From the NCBI GenBank assembly GCA_017466725.1, contig JAFTTP010000002.1, positions 955 to 64,954 of the forward strand: DNA of 64,000 nt, in the 5' to 3' direction. This document shows positions 10,435 through 20,207 of the stretch, one piece after another (the first letter of the stretch is position 1; every line of letters begins with the position of its first letter). Below the pieces are notes generated by a model that did not search any database, had not been told where the DNA came from, and saw only the letters and a program-made list of their open reading frames with translations. The DNA is from Clostridia bacterium (GTDB lineage: Bacteria; Bacillota; Clostridia; Christensenellales; UBA1242). Made by a program: the position numbers and the translations under genes.

Positions 10435-13043
10435 TTGTGCAAAGCATTGAAAAATATTCAAAAGGTATGCAGCAATATCTTAGAATAAAAGAAAAGTATC
10501 AAGACTGTATAATGCTTAATCGCATGGGCGATTTTTACGAGATGTTTTTTGAAGATGCCGAGGTTGCATCAAAAGAACTTGATCTTGTGTTAACGGGCAA
10601 AAATTGCGGGCCAGAAGTGCCAAGGGCGCCTATGTGCGGCGTGCCTTATCATGCGGCTGAAACATATATTGCAAAGCTTGTTGCCAACGGCCACAAAGTT
10701 GCCATTTGTGAGCAACTTACCGAGCCTGTAGCTGGCAAAATGGTAGAGCGCGATGTAATTAGGGTGATTACACCGGGTACTGTTGTTGAACAAGAAATGC
10801 TTGAAAACAACAAAAACAACTATCTACTTTCTGTTTATAAGAAAGCAGACAAAATTGCAGTTGCATATGTTGATGTGTCTACTGGTGAGTTGTGCGCATG
10901 CGCGCTTGAAAACTTAGAAGGTGAAATGAGCGATTTGATTGCCAGAATTTCACCGGCCGAAGTTATTGGAAACGAAGAGGCAAAAGAGTTTTACAACAAT
11001 TTGCCAATTATGCGCTTAGGGGGCTTGGTAAAACTTGCACCATACTATGAATGGGCGTTTACTAAATCGGCAAGTTATGAAGTACTTACACAGCATTTTG
11101 GTGAAAACTTTGACAATGTTTATGACATTAAAAATAAGCAAACAATTGTTTCTTGTTTGGGTGGTATGTTTGCCTACATTAAAGAGACACAAAAAAGAGA
11201 CTTAAAACACATTCAGCGTATTAGACTGATTAAAAATGAAAACTATATGACGATTGACCTTAATACAAGGCGCAATCTTGAAATTGTTGAAACAAACAGA
11301 GAGCGCAAGAAGTATGGCTCAATTTTATGGGTGCTGGACAAAACTAAAACAAGTATGGGTGCAAGATATTTGCGCAACATGCTTGACCAGCCTCTTCAAA
11401 ATGCAAAATTAATTAATGCCAGATTAGATGGCGTTGAAGAACTTACTAAAAAGATTATTTTGCGTGACAGATTAAGCCAAATTCTTTCTGATGTATACGA
11501 CATTGAAAGACTTTCAAGCAAAGTTGCCTATGGTAATGTAACGCCAAAAGATTTGGTCAGCTTAAAAAAGTCGCTTTCGCATATGCCACAACTTAAAGAA
11601 GAACTTAAGGTTGTTCAATCATCCATTTTGCAAGAAATTGATGGTGACATTTTAGATGTTTCGCCAATCACTCAGCTTATCGAAAAGTCAATCGATGAAA
11701 ATGCTGGTGCACTTTTAAAAGACGGGCATTTTATTAAAGATGGCTTTAACCAACAATTAGATGACTACCGCAACGCTAAAAACATTGGCAAACAGTGGCT
11801 GGACGAGCTTGAACAAAAAGAGCAAGAGGCGACGGGGATAAAGGGGCTTAAAATCTCGTATAACAAGGTTTTTGGCTATTATATTGAGGTTAACAGAAAA
11901 GACCTTGACAAAGTGCCATTTCGCTATCAACGAAAACAAACAGTGGCAAACAATGAAAGATATATTACTGAAGATTTAAAGGAAATCGAAGATAAAATTC
12001 TGGGCTCAGAAGAAAACGCGTTTAAACTCGAAATAGAACTGCTGCAGCAAATTAAACAAATTTTAAGCAGATATGTGTCTTCAATTCAACAGGTCGCAAA
12101 TGCAGTTGCAAGGCTTGATGCACTTTTGTCGCTTGCTGTTGTTGCAGTAAAAAATGGTTATTGCAAACCAAACGTATCATCTTCTTCAAAACAACTGAAA
12201 ATTATTGACGGCAGACATCCTGTTGTAGAGCAGTTTATGCAAAATGGGCAGTTTGTGCCAAACGATGCATTGTTTGACGATAAAGACAACCGCGTAATGA
12301 TTATTACGGGTCCAAATATGGCGGGAAAAAGTACTTATATGAGGCAGGTTGCCGTTATTGCATTTCTTGCCCATATTGGCAGTTTTGTGCCAGCAAGAGA
12401 GGCATATATTCCTATAATAGACCGCATCTTTACTCGTGTCGGTGCAAGCGATGACCTTGCATTTGGCCAAAGTACATTTATGGTTGAGATGAGCGAGGTG
12501 GCACATATTCTGGCCAACGCAACAGATAAAAGTCTTGTTGTGCTTGACGAAATCGGGCGAGGCACATCAACATTTGACGGGTTAAGCATTGCATGGTCGG
12601 TGGTTGAGCACCTTTCAAATCATTATAAATCAAAAACTCTTTTTGCAACACACTATCACGAACTTACCGAACTTGAAGGTGTGCTTGACGGCGTAAAGAA
12701 TTATAAAATTGCTGTTAAAGACCTTGATGATAACATTGTATTTTTGCGTAAAATTGTAAGAGGTGGGGCAAACAAGAGCTTTGGTATTGAAGTGGCGCGC
12801 CTTGCAGGCCTTCCACAAATTGTACTTGATAGGGCAAAAGAAATTTCCCTTAATTTAGAGGCTGTCAATCAGAAACTTGATTTAAACATTTTTAAAGAGA
12901 AAAAGCAGCAGGCGGAAGACAATACAAAATTGGCTTTAATGCTGTTAAACGAGCTTAAAGACGTTGATATAAACAGAGTGTCGCCAATGACGGCGTTTGA
13001 GCTTTTAAATGACCTTGTACAACGCGCAAAGGAGGATAAATGA
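10431..13043 (+). CDS. mutS: DNA mismatch repair protein MutS
   Basis: 870 aa. N-terminal mismatch-binding region (GDFYEMF) and Walker A GPNMAGKST, with DEIGRGTSTFDG. Confidence 0.98.
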   Translation: MIVQSIEKYSKGMQQYLRIKEKYQDCIMLNRMGDFYEMFFEDAEVASKELDLVLTGKNCGPEVPRAPMCGVPYHAAETYIAKLVANGHKVAICEQLTEPVAGKMVERDVIRVITPGTVVEQEMLENNKNNYLLSVYKKADKIAVAYVDVSTGELCACALENLEGEMSDLIARISPAEVIGNEEAKEFYNNLPIMRLGGLVKLAPYYEWAFTKSASYEVLTQHFGENFDNVYDIKNKQTIVSCLGGMFAYIKETQKRDLKHIQRIRLIKNENYMTIDLNTRRNLEIVETNRERKKYGSILWVLDKTKTSMGARYLRNMLDQPLQNAKLINARLDGVEELTKKIILRDRLSQILSDVYDIERLSSKVAYGNVTPKDLVSLKKSLSHMPQLKEELKVVQSSILQEIDGDILDVSPITQLIEKSIDENAGALLKDGHFIKDGFNQQLDDYRNAKNIGKQWLDELEQKEQEATGIKGLKISYNKVFGYYIEVNRKDLDKVPFRYQRKQTVANNERYITEDLKEIEDKILGSEENAFKLEIELLQQIKQILSRYVSSIQQVANAVARLDALLSLAVVAVKNGYCKPNVSSSSKQLKIIDGRHPVVEQFMQNGQFVPNDALFDDKDNRVMIITGPNMAGKSTYMRQVAVIAFLAHIGSFVPAREAYIPIIDRIFTRVGASDDLAFGQSTFMVEMSEVAHILANATDKSLVVLDEIGRGTSTFDGLSIAWSVVEHLSNHYKSKTLFATHYHELTELEGVLDGVKNYKIAVKDLDDNIVFLRKIVRGGANKSFGIEVARLAGLPQIVLDRAKEISLNLEAVNQKLDLNIFKEKKQQAEDNTKLALMLLNELKDVDINRVSPMTAFELLNDLVQRAKEDK

Positions 13044-14950
13044 AAATAAACGTACTTGCGCCAAGCGTATATAACAAAATTTCTGCTGGTGAAGTAGTTG
13101 AAAGGCCGGCCTCAATTGTAAAAGAACTTGTTGAAAACAGCATTGATGCTGGTGCAAGTGAAATTAGAATTGAAATTACAGGCGGTGGAATAGACAACAT
13201 TACAATTTCAGACAATGGTTGTGGAATTGATAGGGAAGACCTTGTCACAGCCTTTTTGCCGCACGCTACAAGCAAAATTAAAACAGATAAAGACCTTGAA
13301 AGTATTTCAAGTTTAGGGTTTAGAGGTGAGGCACTTGCAAGTATTTCAGCTGTTTCAAGGGTAAGACTTTCTTCGAAAACAAAAGATGCTCAATCTGGAT
13401 ATATGATTAGGGTTGACGGGGGTGAGTTTAGCCCAATAAGTGAGATTGCAAGGGCAAACGGCACGACAATCTCATGCAGCAACTTGTTTTTCAACACTCC
13501 AGTACGTGCAAAGTTTTTAAGAAAACCAAAAACGGAAGAAAGTGAAATTACTGCCGTTGTAGAGCGTTTTATGCTTGCAAACAGCCATATTTCATTTCAG
13601 TATTATGTAGATGGTAAACAGGTGTACAACACAACATCTTGTAGCATGTCTGACATAATATATTCAATATACGGAAAAGAAGTCTATGATAATCTTATTT
13701 CGGTTGACTTTGAAAGAGACGGTTTTAAAGTAAGTGGATATATTACAAAACCAACCATTTCAAAAAGCAATCGCACTTATCAAACACTCTTTGTAAATGG
13801 AAGAAACGTTGAAAACTATCTCATTTCGTCTTGTATAACAAATGTTTATTCAACCTTTCTTATGAAGGGGCGTTTCCCGGTGTATGTGCTTTCAATTGAA
13901 GTGCCTGCAACTTGCGTAGATGTAAATGTGCACCCATCGAAAAGAGAAGTTAAGTTTGACAGGCCAAATGCAATTTATTCGCTTGTAAGCAGTGCAATTG
14001 ACAGTGCGCTTATGGGAATAAACGAAATTCAAAGTTTTGCTTTTCCAGCGGAAGAAGAAAAGGAAATTGTTATTGAAGAAAAAGTTGTTTTAACTAAGCC
14101 AGAGCAACCTTTTGTTGGCGGCAAAAGCTTTTGTATAGACCGATTTGAAAGTAAACCAATTGACAAGGTTGAAGAAGTTGATTTAGACTATTCAAATAAG
14201 CAAATGCAAGATGATATTTCACAAGAAATGGAACGCCTTACAGTTGAAAAACTGCAACAACAATATAATGATGGCAGCATTGCTGAGGGCAAGCCGATGA
14301 CCTTTACATTTGACCAGTCAAAAACTAAATTTATGCAAGATATTCGTCACAGCGTAAGTGAAAAATTTTTAAGTGCAAGCGTAATTGATGAGATGAAGGT
14401 GCTTGGTACAATTTTCAACACCTATATAGCCATTGAATATGACAATGCAGTTTTCTTTATTGATCAACATGCCGCACATGAAAGATTGTTGTTTGATAAA
14501 CTTATCCAAAATGTCAATTCAAACAATGTGGCATCTCAACCATTACTTGCGCCATATACGTTTGCTCTTGGCACAAAAGAGGCTCAATCGGTTGACCTTA
14601 TCTTAGACAACTTGAAAGCGCTTGGCTTTGAAATTGATAAAAACAACTATCAATATACAATCAATGCAGTGCCTTATGTGCTTTCAAATATTGATATCGT
14701 TAAATTTGTTGATGAAATTACACAAGAAAGCATTAATTTAGATAAGAAAACAAGCGACTTTATCCATAATAAACTTTGTCAAAGCGCTTGTAAACACGCT
14801 ATAAAGGGCGGTGACAGCATAAGCAAAGAAGAATGTGCTTATATTGTTGAAGAGGTTAAAAAAGGTGTTATGCTTTGTCCTCACGGCAGACCAATTACAC
14901 TTATAATTACCAAAACAGAGTTTGAAAAATTGTTTAAAAGGATTGTTTAA
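13040..14950 (+). CDS. mutL: DNA mismatch repair protein MutL
   Basis: GHKL ATPase motifs (ELVENSIDAGA, DNGCGI, GFRGEAL). The C-terminal dimerisation/endonuclease domain has DQHAAHERLLF. Confidence 0.97.
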   Translation: MKINVLAPSVYNKISAGEVVERPASIVKELVENSIDAGASEIRIEITGGGIDNITISDNGCGIDREDLVTAFLPHATSKIKTDKDLESISSLGFRGEALASISAVSRVRLSSKTKDAQSGYMIRVDGGEFSPISEIARANGTTISCSNLFFNTPVRAKFLRKPKTEESEITAVVERFMLANSHISFQYYVDGKQVYNTTSCSMSDIIYSIYGKEVYDNLISVDFERDGFKVSGYITKPTISKSNRTYQTLFVNGRNVENYLISSCITNVYSTFLMKGRFPVYVLSIEVPATCVDVNVHPSKREVKFDRPNAIYSLVSSAIDSALMGINEIQSFAFPAEEEKEIVIEEKVVLTKPEQPFVGGKSFCIDRFESKPIDKVEEVDLDYSNKQMQDDISQEMERLTVEKLQQQYNDGSIAEGKPMTFTFDQSKTKFMQDIRHSVSEKFLSASVIDEMKVLGTIFNTYIAIEYDNAVFFIDQHAAHERLLFDKLIQNVNSNNVASQPLLAPYTFALGTKEAQSVDLILDNLKALGFEIDKNNYQYTINAVPYVLSNIDIVKFVDEITQESINLDKKTSDFIHNKLCQSACKHAIKGGDSISKEECAYIVEEVKKGVMLCPHGRPITLIITKTEFEKLFKRIV

Positions 14951-15852
14951 TGAAAAAACATAAAGTTATTTTTCTTTTAGGTGCAACAGGTTGCGGCAAA
15001 AGCGACCTTGCCATAAAACTTGCAAAAGATTTCAATGGTGAGATTATTTCTGCCGACAGCGTGCAAGTGTTTAAGGGGTTTGATATAGGTTCGGCAAAGG
15101 TAACTAAAGACGAGATGCAAGGTGTTAAACATTATGGCATTGACATCAAAATGCCAAACGAAACCTTTTCAGCTGGCGAGTACGTACAGTACACGCATAA
15201 ATGCATTGAAACAATTGTTGCAAAAGGAAAATTGCCTATTATTGCCGGTGGAACTGGACTTTATGTAAAATCACTTGTAAATGGTTATAACTTTGGCGGG
15301 ACAGAAAAAAACGATGCCTTTCGTAAAGAAATTGACTCTTTAATTGAAAAGGAAGGCCTTGAAAAAGCAGTTGAAAGGTTAAAAGCAATCAATCCTAAAT
15401 TTTTGGAAGGGCTTGACACTAAAAACAGGGTGCGAGTTGTTCGTGCACTTGAAATTGCCACCTTTGGCGGTCAGCGTACGCAAGATGAATGCAAGTATGA
15501 TTTTAAATTGCTTGCAACCTCAAGACCACGCGAAGAGATGTACGCACGCATCAATAAACGCCTTGACATTATGGTTGAAAGCGGGCTTATTGAAGAGGTT
15601 AAGGCGCTTTATGAAAAGTATGGCGACTGTCAGCCTATGACAGCAATAGGATATAAAGAAGTATTGCCATATCTTCGAGGAGAAATCTCAAAAGAAGAGA
15701 TGACTGAAAAAATAAAACAAAATACACGCCATTATGCAAAAAGACAACTTACATTTTTGCGTGGTATGGTTGGCGTTGAATCGATTGATCTTACTGATGA
15801 AAATTATTATACTAAACTGAAGGAGGATTTAACTATATGGCTGAACAATTGA
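14950..15852 (+). CDS. miaA: tRNA dimethylallyltransferase MiaA
   Basis: P-loop GATGCGKS; IPP transferase family over the full length. Confidence 0.95.
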   Translation: MKKHKVIFLLGATGCGKSDLAIKLAKDFNGEIISADSVQVFKGFDIGSAKVTKDEMQGVKHYGIDIKMPNETFSAGEYVQYTHKCIETIVAKGKLPIIAGGTGLYVKSLVNGYNFGGTEKNDAFRKEIDSLIEKEGLEKAVERLKAINPKFLEGLDTKNRVRVVRALEIATFGGQRTQDECKYDFKLLATSRPREEMYARINKRLDIMVESGLIEEVKALYEKYGDCQPMTAIGYKEVLPYLRGEISKEEMTEKIKQNTRHYAKRQLTFLRGMVGVESIDLTDENYYTKLKEDLTIWLNN

Positions 15853-17054
15853 CTTTAAAAATTGAAGAGCAAAAACTTGCCGCTCAATTTGAAAGAATTG
15901 ATGATATTTCTTTTTATAATCAAAAGAAAGTATTAAACGCATTTAAAAACAACCGCGTTACAACTCAATGTTTCAGCGGAACTACTGGATATGGCTATGA
16001 TGATATTGGAAGAGACAATCTTGCAAGAATTTATGCCGAAGTATTTGGCGGTGAAATGGCAATTGTGTCGCCAATCCTTACGTGTGGTACGCATGCCATC
16101 ACAACGGTATTATTTGGGCTTCTTCGCAAGGACGATGTTATGCTTTCAATAAGTGGCATTCCTTACGACACAATCCAGTCAAGCTTGTTTGGAAAAGGCA
16201 ACAGTTCACTTGAAGATTATGGTGTGAAGTATAAACAGATAGAGCTTAAAAGTGATGGAAGTTTTGATGGTGACGCCATTTTTAAAGCGGTAAAAAAACT
16301 TAAGCCTAAAATGGTGCATGTTCAACGCTCTAGGGGTTATTCATCACGCAAGGCCATTTCACCATATGATATGGAACCAATATTTAAAGAAGTTAAACGC
16401 TTAAGCCCAGACACATTTATTGTAGTAGACAACTGTTATGGTGAATTTGTTGACCGAATTGAACCTACAAATGTTGGTGCAGACGTAATTGTCGGCTCAC
16501 TTATCAAAAATGCAGGTGGCGGCTTTGCACCAACGGGCGGCTACATAGTCGGAAGTGAAAAGGCACTTGACCTTATTGCTACACGTTATACAAACCCATC
16601 ATTAAAGTTGGAACTTGGCAGTTATGAAATGGGTTATCGCAACTTCTATCAAGGCATCTTTATGGCACCACACATTGTTGCGCAAAGTCTGAAAGGAAGT
16701 ATGCTTGTAGGGCAGATCATGGAAGATAAGGGGTATAAAGTAATCCCAGACAACCAAACAATCCCACAAGACATTGTAAAGTCAGTTGTTTTCAATAATG
16801 AAGAAGATTTAATCAAATTCGTTCAGACGGTGCAAACTGTTTCGCCTGTTGACGGCCATGTATTGCCAATGCCTTGGGATATGCCGGGATATAAAGACAA
16901 AGTCATAATGGCGGCAGGCACGTTTGTAGGGGGCAGTTCAATTGAACTTTCTTGCGATGGTCCAATCCGCCCACCATATATTGCTTACATTCAAGGCGGA
17001 CTTACATACGAACACGTTAAAATGTTTGCAGAGAAACTTTTAGAATTGTATTAA
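15837..17054 (+). CDS. PLP-dependent Met-gamma-lyase-like protein (YnbB / so-called aluminium resistance protein family)
   Basis: 405 aa with overall resemblance to the YnbB family that commonly follows miaA in Firmicutes. The family assignment was made by eye only. Confidence 0.7.
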   Translation: MAEQLTLKIEEQKLAAQFERIDDISFYNQKKVLNAFKNNRVTTQCFSGTTGYGYDDIGRDNLARIYAEVFGGEMAIVSPILTCGTHAITTVLFGLLRKDDVMLSISGIPYDTIQSSLFGKGNSSLEDYGVKYKQIELKSDGSFDGDAIFKAVKKLKPKMVHVQRSRGYSSRKAISPYDMEPIFKEVKRLSPDTFIVVDNCYGEFVDRIEPTNVGADVIVGSLIKNAGGGFAPTGGYIVGSEKALDLIATRYTNPSLKLELGSYEMGYRNFYQGIFMAPHIVAQSLKGSMLVGQIMEDKGYKVIPDNQTIPQDIVKSVVFNNEEDLIKFVQTVQTVSPVDGHVLPMPWDMPGYKDKVIMAAGTFVGGSSIELSCDGPIRPPYIAYIQGGLTYEHVKMFAEKLLELY

Positions 17055-17063
17055 AATAGGGTA

Positions 17064-17092
17064 TTGCATTGTTAAAACCTTTATGATATAAT
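17064..17092 (+). promoter_or_regulatory. Sigma-A type promoter TTGCAT-17-TATAAT
   Basis: TTGCAT at 17064-17069, an exact 17-nt spacer, and TATAAT at 17087-17092. It lies 18 nt upstream of the ATG at 17110, which has an AAGGAG ribosome-binding site. Confidence 0.65.
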
Positions 17093-17109
17093 ACTTGCAA
17101 GGAGTAGTT

Positions 17110-17661
17110 ATGAAAAAAAGAAATCCAAATAATATTGAAGAAAGTTGGCTTGCACCAGTCTCTCCAGAAATATTTTACAAATTTTTGAAGGAAAATGCAG
17201 ATTTAGTTAAATCAATGCAAAAAGAGATTTCACTCAATAAGAGAGAAGAATATGGTTATTATTATTCTTTAATGGGAATTTATCGTGTAAAAGGAGAAGA
17301 AGATTGGGAAACTATTTCTCTTGGTGAATTTGGACCTATTCGTTTTACACGAGAAGGGGTAAAAAATGACTTTCATTTACTATTACATTTAAATGAAATT
17401 TGGGAAGCAAGAGCGACTTTATACTTGAATTGGTTAAGACTTGTTGCAAAGGTAAATAAAGGTAGAAAGATTAATGGAAAAAGTTATTTGCAATCTTTAC
17501 AAGACGAAATAAATAATTTTATTGCTTCTGTAAGAGATAGTGTTATAAGTAAAGCAAATGATGAAGCAAATTTAGCATTTTCTACGAGCTCAAGATTGTG
17601 TCATCATCTGATAAATTCTTCAGAAATTGACCAAGAAGACGGCACAGAACTCCCATTTTAA
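17110..17661 (+). CDS. Hypothetical protein (183 aa), no recognisable motif
   Basis: ORF with a strong AAGGAG RBS and its own promoter. It looks more AT-rich than its flanks by eye. I recognise no conserved motif. Confidence 0.6.
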   Translation: MKKRNPNNIEESWLAPVSPEIFYKFLKENADLVKSMQKEISLNKREEYGYYYSLMGIYRVKGEEDWETISLGEFGPIRFTREGVKNDFHLLLHLNEIWEARATLYLNWLRLVAKVNKGRKINGKSYLQSLQDEINNFIASVRDSVISKANDEANLAFSTSSRLCHHLINSSEIDQEDGTELPF

Positions 17662-17677
17662 TTACCAGAAGTCCAGC

Positions 17678-17703
17678 ATAATGCTCCTTCTTTGTTCTCA
17701 AAA
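17678..17703 (+). repeat. Direct repeat copy A (ATAATGCTCCTTCTTTGTTCTCAAAA)
   Basis: Matches 18100-18124 at 24 of 26 positions with one 1-nt gap. Together the two copies bracket the carrier-protein cassette. Confidence 0.8.
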
Positions 17704-17731
17704 GGAAAGATGCGCATTATTAAATGTAGTA

Positions 17732-17760
17732 TTGACAATATTAATGGTATGTGTTATAAT
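17732..17760 (+). promoter_or_regulatory. Consensus sigma-A promoter TTGACA-17-TATAAT
   Basis: Perfect -35 and -10 hexamers with a 17-nt spacer, 56 nt upstream of the ATG at 17817. Confidence 0.7.
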
Positions 17761-17816
17761 TCATGCAGTTAGTGGTGAAATAAAAGCAATAATAGAAAGA
17801 AAAATCGAGGTGATTT

Positions 17817-18068
17817 ATGGAAATAAAAAAAGAATTTAAACAATTAATGGCAAAAGAATTAGAATGTGATATTAGCAAACTTGATGATAATGCGAGAATT
17901 TTAGAAGATTTAGGAATAAACTCACTTGAATTTGCTGAATTGATTAGTGAGGTTGAAGAAAAGTTTAATATCACTGTATTGGATGAAGATATTTGCAAGA
18001 TAAGAACTATTCAAGATTGTGTTGAAATTTTAGAAAGAACCATTGATGCAGAAGAAAATGGAATCTAA
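17817..18068 (+). CDS. Acyl carrier protein-like (phosphopantetheine-binding) protein
   Basis: 83 aa. ...ILEDLGINSLEFAELISEVEEKFNITVLDEDICKI... aligns by eye to AcpP helix II (DLGADSLDxVELVMxLEExF). The attachment Ser is present; the preceding Asp is Asn. Confidence 0.75.
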   Translation: MEIKKEFKQLMAKELECDISKLDDNARILEDLGINSLEFAELISEVEEKFNITVLDEDICKIRTIQDCVEILERTIDAEENGI

Positions 18069-18090
18069 AAACAACAAATAAAATTTTATT

Positions 18091-18116
18091 AGGGCATATA
18101 TAATGCCCTTTTTTGT
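18091..18116 (+). terminator. Rho-independent terminator
   Basis: Stem AGGGCAT / ATGCCCT with a 5-nt loop, followed by a T-run. Confidence 0.75.
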
Positions 18117-18124
18117 TCTCAAAA
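18100..18124 (+). repeat. Direct repeat copy B (ATAATGCCCTTTTTTGTTCTCAAAA)
   Basis: The 3-prime half of the terminator plus its T-tract. It is the near-identical partner of 17678-17703. Confidence 0.8.
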
Positions 18125-18149
18125 AAAATTGCCAGCATACATTTACAGT

Positions 18150-18743
18150 ATGACAACAAAAAACAAAAATCGACATTTTAAAAATCAGTTTGGATTTATC
18201 TTTGATGTAATTAAATTAAGCAAAGTAAAACTTATAATTCTTGGCGTATTGGCGGTGATTGCGCTTTTGACGGGGATTATTGTTGCAATAAAAACATCTT
18301 CTTGTTATGACGGTAAATATAATTTCCTTGAATTTGGTTTTACATTCTGGGGACGACTGCTGTCTATGCTTTTAATCGCACTAATCTGCTTTGGTTGTGG
18401 TTTTACCAAATGGCTATTGCCAATTGCAATGCTTATGCTGGCGTATAGGGCGTACCTCTTAGGGCTGTATCTCACGCTTATCATCATTGCAAACGGGTTT
18501 GCCGGTGTAATAATTGGTATAATAGTTGTTTTGCCATGTCAACTGATGGCGCTGGCTGCTTTGACGATTATGTATGTGCTTTTATGCCGGCTTAACAAAG
18601 ATGAAAGTTGTTGTGGCGGGGGCAGTGTTATTAAGCAAAGATTAAAAGTGCTTGCAATTGCAGTTGTTGTTTTGCTTATTGTTTGCCTACTTGAAACGCT
18701 GCTTTTAAGCATTTTCAGCCCTACAATCATTCTTATAGTTTAA
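18150..18743 (+). CDS. Polytopic integral membrane protein, possibly SpoIIM/DUF95-like
   Basis: About 5 hydrophobic segments, and the size and layout are reminiscent of stage II sporulation protein M. There is no clear RBS, so the start (ATG 18150 versus TTG 18129) is uncertain. Confidence 0.45.
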   Translation: MTTKNKNRHFKNQFGFIFDVIKLSKVKLIILGVLAVIALLTGIIVAIKTSSCYDGKYNFLEFGFTFWGRLLSMLLIALICFGCGFTKWLLPIAMLMLAYRAYLLGLYLTLIIIANGFAGVIIGIIVVLPCQLMALAALTIMYVLLCRLNKDESCCGGGSVIKQRLKVLAIAVVVLLIVCLLETLLLSIFSPTIILIV

Positions 18744-18802
18744 ACTTTGTATAAAATCTTTTCTTTTAAGCAAACTACTTGTGAAAAAAGGAGAGATTTT
18801 TT

Positions 18803-19957
18803 ATGTTTAAGAAAATTTTGATATTTTGTATGTTGTTTCTTGTAATTGCTACAACATGTAGTGGTGGTATGCATACTGTGGCTTTTGCTGAAGGCGAAGT
18901 TGACATTTCAAGCAAAAGCGCTTGCCTTGTTGATTATGCCTCTGGCACAGTGCTTTATGAAAAGGATGCAAATAAACATTTGCCAATTGCAAGCATGGTG
19001 AAAATGATGACAATTTTGCTTACACTTGACGAGATTGATGCTGGAAATTTGACCGAAACAGATATGATTACAACAAGTGAAAATGCGTCTGGAATGGGTG
19101 GAAGTCAGGTGTTTATAGACCCATATGTTGAATACAGCGCAGGAGACTTATTGAAAAGTGTGATTATTGCATCTGCAAATGACGCATCTGTTGCACTTGC
19201 AGAGCATATTTCTGGCAGTGAAAAGGCATTCGTAAGCAAAATGAATGAAAGGGCGCAAGAACTTGACATGAAAGACACTCATTATGTAAACTGTACCGGA
19301 CTTCCAGCCCCAGAGCAATATTCTTGTGCAAAAGATTGTGCCATTGTGCTTAAAGAGGTGACTAATCACGAAATTTATCATAAATATAGCACCATTTGGA
19401 TGGATGAAATTACGCATCCGTCTGGACGCAAAACTGAAGTAGTCAATACAAATAGGCTTGTCCGCTATTATGATGGTTGCGATGGCGGCAAAACTGGCTC
19501 AACAAATGAGGCAGGTTGTTGCCTTTCAGCCTCAGCAAAACGCAACAATATGCGTCTTATATCAGTAATTATTGGGGCAGAAAACAGCCAAACTCGTTTT
19601 AACGAATGCAGCAAACTTTTCAATTATGGTTTTGCAAACTTTGAAAGCAAAGAAATTGTAGGAATAAACAATCCACTGCTTTCGATTGCGGTAAATAAAG
19701 GCAAATGTGACGCAGTTGACCTTTATGCAAATGAGGGCTACAGCGTAGTTGCAAAGAAGGGCGAAAAGCCAAACATTGATGTTGATTTCAGTGCACCAGA
19801 AAAAGTAAATGCACCAACAAAACAAGGGGACGTAGTTGGCAAGGCAATCATTTCACAAGACGGCAATCTTATAAAAGAAATTGACCTTATAATTAAAGCA
19901 GACATTGACGCACTTTCTCTGAAAGATTGCTTTGATAAAGTTGTTTATAGTTGGTAG
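18803..19957 (+). CDS. D-alanyl-D-alanine carboxypeptidase (serine-type, PBP5/DacB/DacF family)
   Basis: Signal peptide, SMVKMM (SxxK), SAND (SxN), KTGST (KTG), and a C-terminal PBP5-C-like domain. Confidence 0.92.
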   Translation: MFKKILIFCMLFLVIATTCSGGMHTVAFAEGEVDISSKSACLVDYASGTVLYEKDANKHLPIASMVKMMTILLTLDEIDAGNLTETDMITTSENASGMGGSQVFIDPYVEYSAGDLLKSVIIASANDASVALAEHISGSEKAFVSKMNERAQELDMKDTHYVNCTGLPAPEQYSCAKDCAIVLKEVTNHEIYHKYSTIWMDEITHPSGRKTEVVNTNRLVRYYDGCDGGKTGSTNEAGCCLSASAKRNNMRLISVIIGAENSQTRFNECSKLFNYGFANFESKEIVGINNPLLSIAVNKGKCDAVDLYANEGYSVVAKKGEKPNIDVDFSAPEKVNAPTKQGDVVGKAIISQDGNLIKEIDLIIKADIDALSLKDCFDKVVYSW

Positions 19958-19992
19958 AAATAGTAGTAATTTTAAAAAAATTATAATAAAAA

Positions 19993-20019
19993 AAGGATGT
20001 CATATGAGACGTCCTTTTT
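19993..20019. terminator. Bidirectional terminator between the carboxypeptidase gene and a convergent small gene
   Basis: Stem AAGGATGTC / GACGTCCTT (one G-U pair) with a 6-nt loop, flanked by an A-run and a T-run. Confidence 0.65.
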
Positions 20020-20021
20020 AA

Positions 20022-20207
20022 TTAAACGTAATAATCGTAGTCATCATCCATATCTTTCATTTTTTCATTGCGAGCTTGTGTAACTGCTTCCTCAGATTTA
20101 GAATGAAAATAAAGAGGGGAACCATATTGAGGACAAGCGCTTACAACCGTGTCTGATACAGAAGTGACTTTTTCCCAAGTGCTATCATCCTTTAAACTTT
20201 TAACCAT
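20022..20207 (-). CDS. Small hypothetical protein (61 aa), possibly the distal part of a split gene
   Basis: The ORF is preceded by a 24-codon ORF (20207-20281, RBS AAGGAGAG) whose TAA overlaps this ATG (TAATG). See findings. Confidence 0.4.
   Translation of the reverse strand: MVKSLKDDSTWEKVTSVSDTVVSACPQYGSPLYFHSKSEEAVTQARNEKMKDMDDDYDYYV

Noticed and set aside
17678-18124. The direct repeats flanking the ACP-like gene, considered as evidence for an IS element or MITE
   Set aside because: There is no transposase and no terminal inverted repeats, and the repeat corresponds to a terminator 3-prime half. I kept it as a possible insertion or duplication footprint (see findings) but not as a mobile element call.
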